In this document: positions 1 to 8,172 of the stretch, in pieces | Position numbering within the stretch: position 1 is the first letter of the stretch | Layout of the letters: every line of letters begins with the position of its first letter | Source: Dehalococcoidia bacterium | GTDB lineage: Bacteria > Chloroflexota > Dehalococcoidia > Lucifugimonadales > Australimonadaceae | Assembly: GCA_965200975.1 (NCBI GenBank) | Contig: OZ241740.1 | Coordinates: forward strand, 1,996,244 to 2,060,243 | Direction: 5' to 3' | DNA: 64,000 nt | Program-made: the position numbers and the translations under genes | The notes under the pieces: generated by a model | Database searches by the model: none | Told to the model about the DNA's origin: nothing | The model's input: the letters and a program-made list of their open reading frames with translations, nothing else

Positions 1-711
<711 letters not shown>

Positions 712-877
712 CGCGGAACCTCGCCTTCAGCCCATTCTAGCAGGCGGGGGCGGCGCTCCCGGAAGGAGCATCGCAATCGCTCAGAGCGCGTCCGGAAGCG
801 CACCCCCTGCCCCCCGTCGGGCGCGCAATGTCCGGAAGCAAACGCAGAGCTTCCCGCTGGGCTAGAATGCCGCCACT

Positions 878-1795
878 ATGCGAATCGACGTTCACGCCCA
901 CTACATCCCAGCCTCTCTGCCCGAGATCGCGAACCGGCGCGGCGGCTTCGGCCCCGCCGCCAATATGCGCGACAGTATGTCCGACCTCGACCGGCGCATC
1001 GCCGATATGGACGAGCGCGGCATCGACGTCGAGCTCGTCTCCGCGCCGCCCTACGTGCAGAACGCCGACCCCGACGTCTGCCGGCGGATGAACGACGCCA
1101 CCGCCGAGGCGATAGCCGGTTCGGCGCGGTTCATCGGCCTCGCCACGCTGCCGATGCAAGAGCCGGAGACGGCTGCCGCCGAGCTCGAGCGGTGCGTGCG
1201 GGAGCTGGGCTTTCGGGGGTTGGAGATCCTTACGAACGTGCACGGCGAGAACCTGCACGCGCCGCGCTTTGCGCCCCTCTACCGCAAGATGGAGGAGCTC
1301 GACGTTGCAGCGTTCGTGCATCCGCAGAACGTGCTCGGCGCCGACCGGCTCGGCCAGTTCTTTATGAACAACATCATCGGCAACCCGAGCGACACCGCCG
1401 TCGCCGCAGGCTGCCTGATCTTCGGCGGCGTGCTGGCGGAGATGCCCGCGCTCCGGTTCGTCCTCGCGCACGGCGGCGGCACGTGCCCGCTGCTGCGCGG
1501 ACGCTGGGAACACGCCTGGCGGCAGCATCTGGTGGAGGACGCCGCCATCACCCGCCCGCCGTCGGAGTACTTCCGTAAGCTCTACTTCGACACCCTGACG
1601 CACAGCGGCCCCGCGCTCAGCTACCTGGTGGAGACGGTAGGGCCGGAGCGCCTGATGCTCGGAAGCGACTACCCGTTCGGCATGGGCGACTACACCCCGC
1701 CGGCGAGCGTGCAAGCCCTCCCCCGCCTAACCGACGCCGAACGCGACGCCATCTACAGCCAAAACGCCATCCGCGTATTCGGCCTCGACCTCTAA
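878..1795 (+). CDS. amidohydrolase family 2 (ACMSD-like metal-dependent hydrolase/decarboxylase)
   Basis: ORF 878..1795. It starts RIDVHAHYIP (metal-binding HxH), has HGGG mid-protein and GSDYPFG near the C-terminus. Confidence 0.8.
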   Translation: MRIDVHAHYIPASLPEIANRRGGFGPAANMRDSMSDLDRRIADMDERGIDVELVSAPPYVQNADPDVCRRMNDATAEAIAGSARFIGLATLPMQEPETAAAELERCVRELGFRGLEILTNVHGENLHAPRFAPLYRKMEELDVAAFVHPQNVLGADRLGQFFMNNIIGNPSDTAVAAGCLIFGGVLAEMPALRFVLAHGGGTCPLLRGRWEHAWRQHLVEDAAITRPPSEYFRKLYFDTLTHSGPALSYLVETVGPERLMLGSDYPFGMGDYTPPASVQALPRLTDAERDAIYSQNAIRVFGLDL

Positions 1796-1843
1796 GCAGC
1801 GCACCCCGCCCCGCCTGCGGCTGCCAGAGCGCGGCTGCCCCTT

Positions 1844-2050
1844 GGCTGCCAGGGGGTCTGGGGGAGCGGACGCTCTCCCAGCTGCTACGCAACACCGGCG
1901 CCCCGCCCATAACAGCCCCCAGCTGCTACGCAACACCGGCGCCCCCGCCTGCTCAGAGGCGCCCCCACGCAACAGCTCGCCTGCCCAGAGCACGCCGCCT
2001 TGTCGACAACTCCCGGGAGAGAGTTCTCTCCCCCGGACCCCCTCATTATT
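1844..2050 (+). repeat. REPIN/MITE-like element, copy A (contains an internal ~40-bp duplication)
   Basis: Left end ggctgccAGGGGGTCTGGGGGAGCGGACGCTCTCCCAGCTGCTACGC. Right end CTCCCGGGAGAGAGTTCTCTCCCCCGGACCCCCTCATTATT. The two ends are inverted copies of each other and each is itself a hairpin. Confidence 0.9.
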
Positions 2051-2114
2051 GCTCCTGCTGCGCGCTTGCTCCTGCTGCGCGCTCGCGCCTGCTTAGGGAC
2101 GCCGCCCGCCAGAC

Positions 2115-2279
2115 GGCTGCCAGGGGGTCTGGGGGAGCGGACGCTCTCCCAGCTGCTACGCAACACCGGCGCCCCCGCCTGCTCAGAGGCGCCCCCACGC
2201 AACAGCTCGCCTGCCCAGAGCACGCCGCCTTGTCGACAACTCCCGGGAGAGAGTTCTCTCCCCCGGACCCCCTCATTAT
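2115..2279 (+). repeat. REPIN/MITE-like element, copy B
   Basis: Near-identical to 1920-2050 over ~165 bp, with the same terminal hairpins. Confidence 0.9.
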
Positions 2280-2343
2280 GTATTGCAGCGCGCCCGCGCT
2301 TGCTGAGGGCGCGCGCGGTGGGGAATTCCTTGGTTGCAGACTG

Positions 2344-2374
2344 TTGACAGCGGCAACCGGATAACTCGTATACT
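2344..2374 (+). promoter_or_regulatory. sigma70-type promoter of cassette 1
   Basis: TTGACA (2344-2349), 19-nt spacer, TATACT (2369-2374). The same arrangement sits at the same place upstream of cassette 3 and resembles the rpmH promoter at 41389. Confidence 0.6.
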
Positions 2375-2497
2375 ATTGCCCCCGTTGGGCGTTTTGCCCG
2401 GCGGCGCCTCGCCGGATAGAGGGCGGGGCGCGGCGGTCTGCGATAGCCGTTCAGGAGGGCGAACGCTTCCTGCGGCGATCAGGAAAGGAGGAGCGCG
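2375..2497 (+). promoter_or_regulatory. conserved ~120-nt 5' leader of cassette 1 with covarying hairpins
   Basis: Alignable with 4943-5060. GCGCCTCGCC..GGCGGGGCGC and CAGGAGG..CTTCCTG stems change compensatorily in copy 3. Ends in the RBS GGAAAGGAGG. Confidence 0.4.
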
Positions 2498-3396
2498 ATG
2501 AGTGCGCTTTCGAGTGTTCGTCCCGTTCGGTTGGTTGCCCTGCTGGCTGCGCTACTCGCGCTCGTCTCACTCGGCATCCCCCCCCCGCACACGCAGCGTA
2601 TGAGGACTGCCCGGGGAGCACGTGCACGATAGCGGTCGATGACTCCACGGACGTCCTCACGATCACCTACACAGACACAGACCACAACGGTGTAACGACG
2701 ACATTGACGGCGTCGGTGACGTTCACCAATGACTCAGGCGACCCCGGTTGGGAGAATCCGACATTCACAGGGGGGCTGAGGCTTCCTGCTCAGACTCCTC
2801 CCTATGAATTTGGCGATCTGCCCTCCAACCGTTGGTTGTACTCCAACGAAGTCTACTTCTACGAGAACAACGACCGGTTCTACATTCGGCGCGGCGGCTA
2901 TAACAGCGTGGGCATCAACGGCGGCTATAACAGCGTGGGCATCAACGGCGACTATAACGCTGAGACCGGCAACGTCGATTTCCTCGTCATCGGCACCGAT
3001 CCCGACCAGACCTTCACCGTATCCGGAACCCCGGCCACCCCGCCCTCGACCCTCGACCTCGGCACGTGCACGGTGAGCTCCGGTGGCGAGAGCGGCAACT
3101 GGTGCACCACCAACACGCCGAAGATCACCGTCACCTACGACGACAACGATACGTCGAGCGTCAACCTGCGGATATGGGGGCGCAAGCCGTCCTACAACCC
3201 GGCTAGCATCAAGCGCGCCTCTAACGGCGGACACATAGGCATACCCGGGTGGCGGAGCAGCGTCCGCACGATAACGTTCTCGCGCAACGGCTACGAGGAC
3301 GTTAAGGTGGACTTCTCGGTGGACTACCGCAACGACTTGGATCCCCCCTTGCACGGCAGCAGGTTCGTTCTCTCGGCTTGGGAGCGCGACTACTAG
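2498..3396 (+). CDS. secreted protein, paralog 1 (signal peptide and mature domain in different frames at a C9 tract)
   Basis: ATG 2498 with RBS gives MSALSSVRPVRLVALLAALLALVSLGIPPP, then stops at 2630-2632. The mature frame is open from the C-run through ORF 2704..3396. One extra C would give ...PPPPAHA|AYEDC, an AxA cleavage site. Confidence 0.7.
2893..2946 (+). repeat. perfect 27-bp tandem duplication inside paralog 1
   Basis: ggcggctataacagcgtgggcatcaac occurs twice back to back (GGYNSVGIN x2), followed by a diverged third unit. Confidence 0.95.
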
Positions 3397-3432
3397 CAAG
3401 CGCGCAAGCGCACAAGCAGCAACGAGTAGAGA

Positions 3433-3469
3433 GGGGCGGGGGCCATGCGTGGCCCCCGCCCTTTCTTTG
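3433..3469 (+). terminator. Rho-independent terminator of cassette 1
   Basis: GGGCGGGGGCCA-tgcg-TGGCCCCCGCCC followed by TTTCTTTG. Confidence 0.85.
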
Positions 3470-3497
3470 CGCCCCGCGCGGCTGGCGGCTGCCCCTT

Positions 3498-3662
3498 GGC
3501 TGCCAGGGGGTCTGGGGGAGCGGACGCTCTCCCAGCTGCATCGCAACACCGGCGCCCCGGCTGCTCAGAGGCGCCCCCACGCAACAGCTTGCCTGCCCGG
3601 AGCACGCGCGCTTGTCGACAACTCCCGGGAGAGAGTTCTCTCCCCCGGACCCCCTCATTATT
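3498..3662 (+). repeat. REPIN/MITE-like element, copy C
   Basis: Same two terminal hairpins and core as copies A and B. Confidence 0.9.
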
Positions 3663-3740
3663 GTTTGCTGCGCGCCCGCGCTTGCTCCCTCGTTATTTGC
3701 TTGCTCCGCGCCCGCGCTTGCGCCGCCTCGTTATTGCCCC
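3663..3740 (+). repeat. iterated sub-terminal motif array (GCGCTTGC..CCTCGTTATT)
   Basis: cgcgcttgctccctcgttatt and cgcgcttgcgccgcctcgttatt follow directly after the ..CCCCCTCATTATT end of copy C. Confidence 0.7.
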
Positions 3741-3792
3741 CTGCGCAAAGCGCCCCTCCGTGGCCCAGAGCGCCCGCTCTCCCGGCGCGCTG

Positions 3793-3822
3793 TTGACAGG
3801 GGCGCGTGGAGGCTGGTATAAG
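3793..3822 (+). promoter_or_regulatory. sigma70-type promoter of cassette 2 (extended -10)
   Basis: TTGACA (3793-3798), 18-nt spacer, TGG-TATAAG (3814-3822). Confidence 0.6.
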
Positions 3823-3938
3823 AATCCCCCCGCTGGGGCGGCCTGTCTCGCGGGGATCCTTGCCGGAAAGGGCGAGGAGCGACAGCGATTCCGTTCCGGG
3901 AGGCGGGCGCCCCCCGCGACAGATAAGAAGGAGTGCCA

Positions 3939-4489
3939 ATGAGTTCGCTTCTGAGCATTCGTCCCGTCTGGTTGGTCGCCATGCTGCTGCGCTGCTCGCG
4001 CTCGCCTCGCTCGGCATTGGCGCCCTCCTCTCCCCCGCCGCGCATGCGCAATCGGCGACCGTCATCGACGGTCAGGGCCGCAGCAGCATAGAGCTTCCCC
4101 CCATCAAGCCCCTGCCCCGCGGCGGCGTCCTCGACCTCGGCTCGTGCACGGTGCCCGTCCCCGGCGTGCACGGTAACGCCTACGAGTGCACCACCGACAC
4201 GCCGACGATCAGCGTCACCTACTTCAACGACGAGTCCCGGGTCTCGAGCGTCGATCTGCGGATATACGCCGGCAAGCCGTCGTACAACCCGGCCAGCAGG
4301 AGGTACGCTCCTCGCGGGCGTATTTGGATACCCGGGTGGGGGAACAGGGTCCGCACGATAACGTTCTCGCACCGCGACCTCCCGAACATTCTCGTGAACT
4401 TCAGGGTGTCCCGCAGCTGCGACGACGATGGCAACTGCAAGCCCGTCCTCACGGTTTGGGAGCAGCAAAGCAACTTCTGGTACCGGTAG
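3939..4489 (+). CDS. secreted protein, paralog 2 (short form; 1-nt frame break inside the signal peptide)
   Basis: RBS AAGGAG plus ATG 3939 gives MSSLLSIRPVWLVA, then goes off frame. The mature frame (ORF 3806..4489) reads ..AAALLALASLGIGALLSPAAHA|QSATV. Alignment to copy 1 shows one nucleotide missing near 3980. Confidence 0.65.
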
Positions 4490-4517
4490 AAGCGCAAGCG
4501 CAACCTACAGCAAGAGA

Positions 4518-4554
4518 GGGGCGGGGGCCACGCAACACCCCCGCCCCCTTTTTG
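4518..4554 (+). terminator. Rho-independent terminator of cassette 2
   Basis: GGGGCGGGGG-ccacgcaaca-CCCCCGCCCC followed by TTTTTG. Confidence 0.85.
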
Positions 4555-4584
4555 CGTCCTGCCCACAACGCCAAGCGGGTGCGG

Positions 4585-4622
4585 AGAATAACGGGGGGGG
4601 GATAACGAGGGCGCGGGGGGAG
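4585..4622 (+). repeat. iterated sub-terminal motif array (ATAACG(A)GGGGG)
   Basis: gagaataacggggggggg, gataacgagggcg and gagaataacgaggggg stacked in front of copy D. Confidence 0.65.
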
Positions 4623-4859
4623 AATAACGAGGGGGTCTGGGGGAGCGGACGCTCTCCCAGCTACAACGCAACACCCCCGCCTCGCCCATAACAGCCCCCT
4701 GCGCAACCGCGCTCGGCGCTGCCCCCGGCTGCCAGGGGGCGCCGCCCGGACGGCTGCCCCCCGCTGCAACGGCAATGAGCGCTGTCTGCTGTTGTATGGG
4801 CGGCGCCGGCTGCCGACACTCCCGGGAGAGAGTTCTCTCCCCCAGACCCCCTCGTTATT
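4623..4859 (+). repeat. REPIN/MITE-like element, copy D (long variant, subfamily II core)
   Basis: Ends AATAACGAGGGGGTCTGGGGGAGCGGACGCTCTCCCAGCTAC ... CTCCCGGGAGAGAGTTCTCTCCCCCAGACCCCCTCGTTATT. The core differs from copies A-C and matches inverted copy E. Confidence 0.85.
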
Positions 4860-4911
4860 CTTCCTCCGCAACCGCGCTTGCGCCCCGCGGGAATTCCCTG
4901 CTTGCAGACTG

Positions 4912-4942
4912 TTGACGGCGGCAACGGGAGGACTCGTATACT
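4912..4942 (+). promoter_or_regulatory. sigma70-type promoter of cassette 3
   Basis: TTGACG (4912-4917), 19-nt spacer, TATACT (4937-4942). The flanking box gaattccctgcttgcagactg is conserved with cassette 1. Confidence 0.6.
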
Positions 4943-5060
4943 AATTGCCCCGTTGGGCGTTTTGCCCGGCGGGCGCCTCGCCTGACAGGGCGAGGCGCGG
5001 CGTCTGCGGCGCCGTTCAGGGGGCGGGCGCTCCCTGCGGCAGTAAGAAAGGAGGAGCGCG

Positions 5061-5884
5061 ATGAGCGCGCTTTCGAGTGTTCGTCCCGTTCGGTTGGTTG
5101 GCCTGCTGGCTGCGCTACTCGCGCTCGTCTCATTCGGCATTTTCACCCCCCCCCCGCGTATGCAGCGTTTACAGACTGCGACAATGAGTCGGGGAGCACG
5201 TGCACGCTAGCGATAAGCGGCGAAACCCTCACGATCACCTTCACCGATGGTGAGACGGCGGCGGTGACGTTCACCACTACCGCAGGCGCCCCCGATTGGA
5301 AAGATGAGACCCTCTCATCGGGTCTGAGTGAAGTGGATTTTTCCACCCTGAGCCGCACACCGCCTATAAAGCTGTTGGGAAACGACGAAGTCTACTTCTA
5401 CAAGAACAACAACCGGTTCTACATTCGGCGCGGCGGGTATCACAGCGTGCGCATCGACGCCGACGAGGACAACAACACCTTCAAGTTCCTCGTCCGCAAC
5501 ATCGGGGAGACCATCACCATAAACGGCTACCCGGACACGATCCTCGACATAACCAATTGCGAGGGCCCCAATGCGCCCGAATGCACCTCGAACAAGCCGA
5601 CGATCAGCGTCGCTTACGCCAACGGCTTTACCTCGAGCGTCCGGTTGCGGGTGCACAGAGGCAAGCCCTCCTATATTCCGAGCAGCCGTAGCCCCGCCTT
5701 TGGCGGAGGATCCATCAGCATACCCGGGTGGGGCAGGAGCATCCGCACGGTAACGTTCTCGCACTCCCTCTTTAAGGACGTCAAGGTGGATTTCGCCGTG
5801 GACTACCGCTGTGATCGGGACTCGGACGGCAAACGCACCAATTGCGGGTACAGGGTCTCGGCCTGGAAGAGCGACAGCCAGTAA
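5061..5884 (+). CDS. secreted protein, paralog 3 (signal peptide and mature domain in different frames at a C10 tract)
   Basis: ATG 5061 gives MSALSSVRPVRLVGLLAALLALVSFGIFTPPP, then stops at about 5208. The mature frame is open through ORF 5264..5884. One extra C would give ..TPPPPAYA|AFTDC. Confidence 0.7.
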
Positions 5885-5914
5885 GCGCGCAAGCGCAAGC
5901 AATGCAACGAGAGA

Positions 5915-5947
5915 GGCGGGGGCCTTGCGTGGCCCCCGCCCTTTTTG
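5915..5947 (+). terminator. Rho-independent terminator of cassette 3
   Basis: GGCGGGGGCC-ttgcgt-GGCCCCCGCC followed by CTTTTTG. Confidence 0.85.
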
Positions 5948-6009
5948 CGCCCTGCGCGCCCTGCGCGCCCGCGCCTGCGCTTGGCAGCCGAGTGCTGGCG
6001 GGGAGGAGG

Positions 6010-6177
6010 AAATAACGAGGGGGTCCGGGGGAGAGAACTCTCTCCCCCGGGAGTTGTCGGCAAGTCGGCGCCCCTCAAACAGCAGACAGCGCTCATACGT
6101 TGCGCAGGGGCTGCTATGGGCGGGGCGGTTGCGTTGCAGCTGGGAGAGCGTCCGCTCCCCCAGACCCCCTCGTTATT
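6010..6177 (-). repeat. REPIN/MITE-like element, copy E (inverted, subfamily II core)
   Basis: AAATAACGAGGGGGTCCGGGGGAGAGAACTCTCTCCCCCGGGAG ... CAGCTGGGAGAGCGTCCGCTCCCCCAGACCCCCTCGTTATT. The core is the reverse complement of the copy D core. Confidence 0.85.
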
Positions 6178-6250
6178 CTCCCCCCGCCGCCCCTGCCCCC
6201 CCTCATTATTGCTTGCTCCCCCCGCCGCCCCTGCCCCTCGTTATTCTTCT
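6178..6250 (+). repeat. iterated sub-terminal motif array
   Basis: cccgccgcccctgccccccctcattatt and ccgccgcccctgcccctcgttatt follow copy E. Confidence 0.6.
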
Positions 6251-6346
6251 CTCCTCCTCCCCGCCAGCGATCGGCTGCCATCTCCCCCGAAGGCGGCAGC
6301 CGTATCGGGTATACTCGCGGCATTCCCTTTGGAGCGTGGAGGCGGT

Positions 6347-7285
6347 ATGGCGGATTTGGAGAAGCGCGCACTGGGCCGCACGGGCATCGACATCACCGTT
6401 CTCGGCTACGGCGCGATGGAGCTGCGCGGCGCCCCCCGCGGACGCGATCTGTCGGAGGACGACGCGGGGAGCATCCTCAACGCCGTCCTCGACCTGAGCG
6501 TCAACTTCATCGATACGTCTATCGACTACGGGGTGAGCGAGGAGCGCATCGGGCGCCATATCGCGCGCCGCCGCGGCGAGTACTTCCTCGCCAGCAAGTG
6601 CGGCTGCCTCGTCGGCTGGGAGCCCGATCCCGGGCGCGACCGCGGCGGCCCCCACGTCTACACCAAGGAGAATATCGTCGCGGGGATCGAGCAGAGCCTG
6701 CGGCGCCTGAACACCGACTACATCGACCTGCTCCAGGTGCATATGACGCCGTCGCGGCAGGCGCTGGAGGAGAACGACGTCGTCGGCACGATGACCGAGC
6801 TGCGCGACCAGGGCAAGATCCGGTTCCTCGGAATGTCCGGCGCGATACCCAACCTCGCCGACCATATCGCGATGGGCGCATTCGACGCGTTCCAGATCCC
6901 CTACTCCGCCTCCCAGCGCGAGCACGAGAGCCTCATCTCCGCAGCCTCCGCAGCCGGCGCCGGCGTCATCATCCGCGGCGGCGCGGCGCGCGGAGCCCCC
7001 AGCGGCGATCAGCGCGCCGCCCAGCGCAATCCCGAACTCCTCGACGTCTGGGAGCGCGCCGGGATGGACGAGCTCCTCGACGAGGGGCAGTCCCGCATGG
7101 AGTTCGTCATTCGCTTCACCGAAACGCACCCGGATATGGACACCAACATCGTCGGCACGATCAACCCCGCGCACCTGGAGGCGAACCTCGCCGCCGCCGC
7201 CAAGGGGCCGCTGCCGGCGGACGTGTACGACGAGGCGAAACGCCGCCTCGCCGACGCAGGAACAGCCCCTCAAGCCCTCGCATAA
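6347..7285 (+). CDS. aldo/keto reductase
   Basis: In-frame ATG 6347 within ORF 5945..7285 gives MADLEKRALGRTGIDITVLGYGAMELRG...IDTSIDYG. The upstream part of the ORF reads through repeat DNA. Confidence 0.85.
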   Translation: MADLEKRALGRTGIDITVLGYGAMELRGAPRGRDLSEDDAGSILNAVLDLSVNFIDTSIDYGVSEERIGRHIARRRGEYFLASKCGCLVGWEPDPGRDRGGPHVYTKENIVAGIEQSLRRLNTDYIDLLQVHMTPSRQALEENDVVGTMTELRDQGKIRFLGMSGAIPNLADHIAMGAFDAFQIPYSASQREHESLISAASAAGAGVIIRGGAARGAPSGDQRAAQRNPELLDVWERAGMDELLDEGQSRMEFVIRFTETHPDMDTNIVGTINPAHLEANLAAAAKGPLPADVYDEAKRRLADAGTAPQALA

Positions 7286-7289
7286 CGGC

Positions 7290-8168
7290 ATGACGACCAC
7301 CGTAGGCATCCTCAGCGCAGGCGATATGGGCGCCGCCATCGGCGCCGCGCTCACGGCGGGCGGCGTCGACGTCGCCACGAGCCTCGAGGGCCGCAGCAGC
7401 CTCACCCGTCTGCGCGCGGACGAGGCCGGCATCCGCGACGCGGGAAGCGTCCGCGCGCTCGTCGAGCAGTGCGGCGTACTGCTCTCCGTCCTCGCGCCGT
7501 CGGAAGCCGTCGCGGTGGCGGAGCGCGTCGCCGGCGCGATGGCCGAGAGCGGAGCGCGGCCCGTGTTCGTCGAGTGCAACGCCGTCGCCCCGCAGACAGT
7601 CCAGCGGATCGCCACGCTCATCCTCGATACGGGCGCGCCGGTCATCGACGCGGGAATCATCGGCGCGCCCCCCAAGCCCGGGTCGCGCACGACGCTCTAC
7701 TGCTCCGGCCCCGATACGTCGGCGTTCGAGAAGCTCGGCGAGCACGGGCTCGACATCCGGAACGTCGGGCCGCGCATCGGGCAGGCGTCCGGCCTCAAGA
7801 TGGTGTACGCCGCATCGACCAAGGGGACGACCGCGGTGTGGACGGAGCTGCTGGTGGCGGCGGAGGCGATGGGCCTGAAAGAGGCGCTGCTCGCCGAGTT
7901 CGGCGGCGCGCCCGACCCCGCGCGTCATATGCAGGGCGCCACGGAGATGCCGCGGCGCGCCCGGCGGTGGGTCGGCGAGATGGAGGAGATCGCCGCCACG
8001 TTCGAGCATCTCGGCCTCACCCCCAGAATTCTGCTAGGGGCGGCGGATATGTTCCGCCTCGTGAGCGACACGCCGCTCGCCGACCAGACCTCGCGCGAGC
8101 CCGACCCGGAGCTCGGCGAGATGCTCCGCGTCCTCGCGCTGTGGGCCGCCGGCGCGGCGCGGCCTTAG
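7290..8168 (+). CDS. NAD(P)-binding oxidoreductase, 6-phosphogluconate/3-hydroxyisobutyrate dehydrogenase-like (DUF1932-type C-terminus)
   Basis: ORF 7290..8168 with an N-terminal VGILSAGDMGAAIG Rossmann motif. Confidence 0.65.
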   Translation: MTTTVGILSAGDMGAAIGAALTAGGVDVATSLEGRSSLTRLRADEAGIRDAGSVRALVEQCGVLLSVLAPSEAVAVAERVAGAMAESGARPVFVECNAVAPQTVQRIATLILDTGAPVIDAGIIGAPPKPGSRTTLYCSGPDTSAFEKLGEHGLDIRNVGPRIGQASGLKMVYAASTKGTTAVWTELLVAAEAMGLKEALLAEFGGAPDPARHMQGATEMPRRARRWVGEMEEIAATFEHLGLTPRILLGAADMFRLVSDTPLADQTSREPDPELGEMLRVLALWAAGAARP

Positions 8169-8172
8169 GCGA

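Noticed and set aside
1844-6250. Integron-like cassette array (CALIN), with the elements acting as attC sites (ends contain ..TAAC / GTTA..)
   Set aside because: No integrase is in the window. The cassettes carry their own strong promoters and terminators. Most right ends read CATTATT rather than GTT. Each end is an autonomous hairpin, and solo ends occur elsewhere, including inside a phage module. This fits REP/MITE behaviour better. An attC covariance-model search (IntegronFinder-type) would settle it.
1800-6260. Possible CRISPR array, because of the many short repeats
   Set aside because: Repeat units are ~165-bp inverted-end elements plus irregular terminal stacks. Spacing is not periodic, the intervening segments are full genes with promoters and terminators, and no cas genes are in the window.
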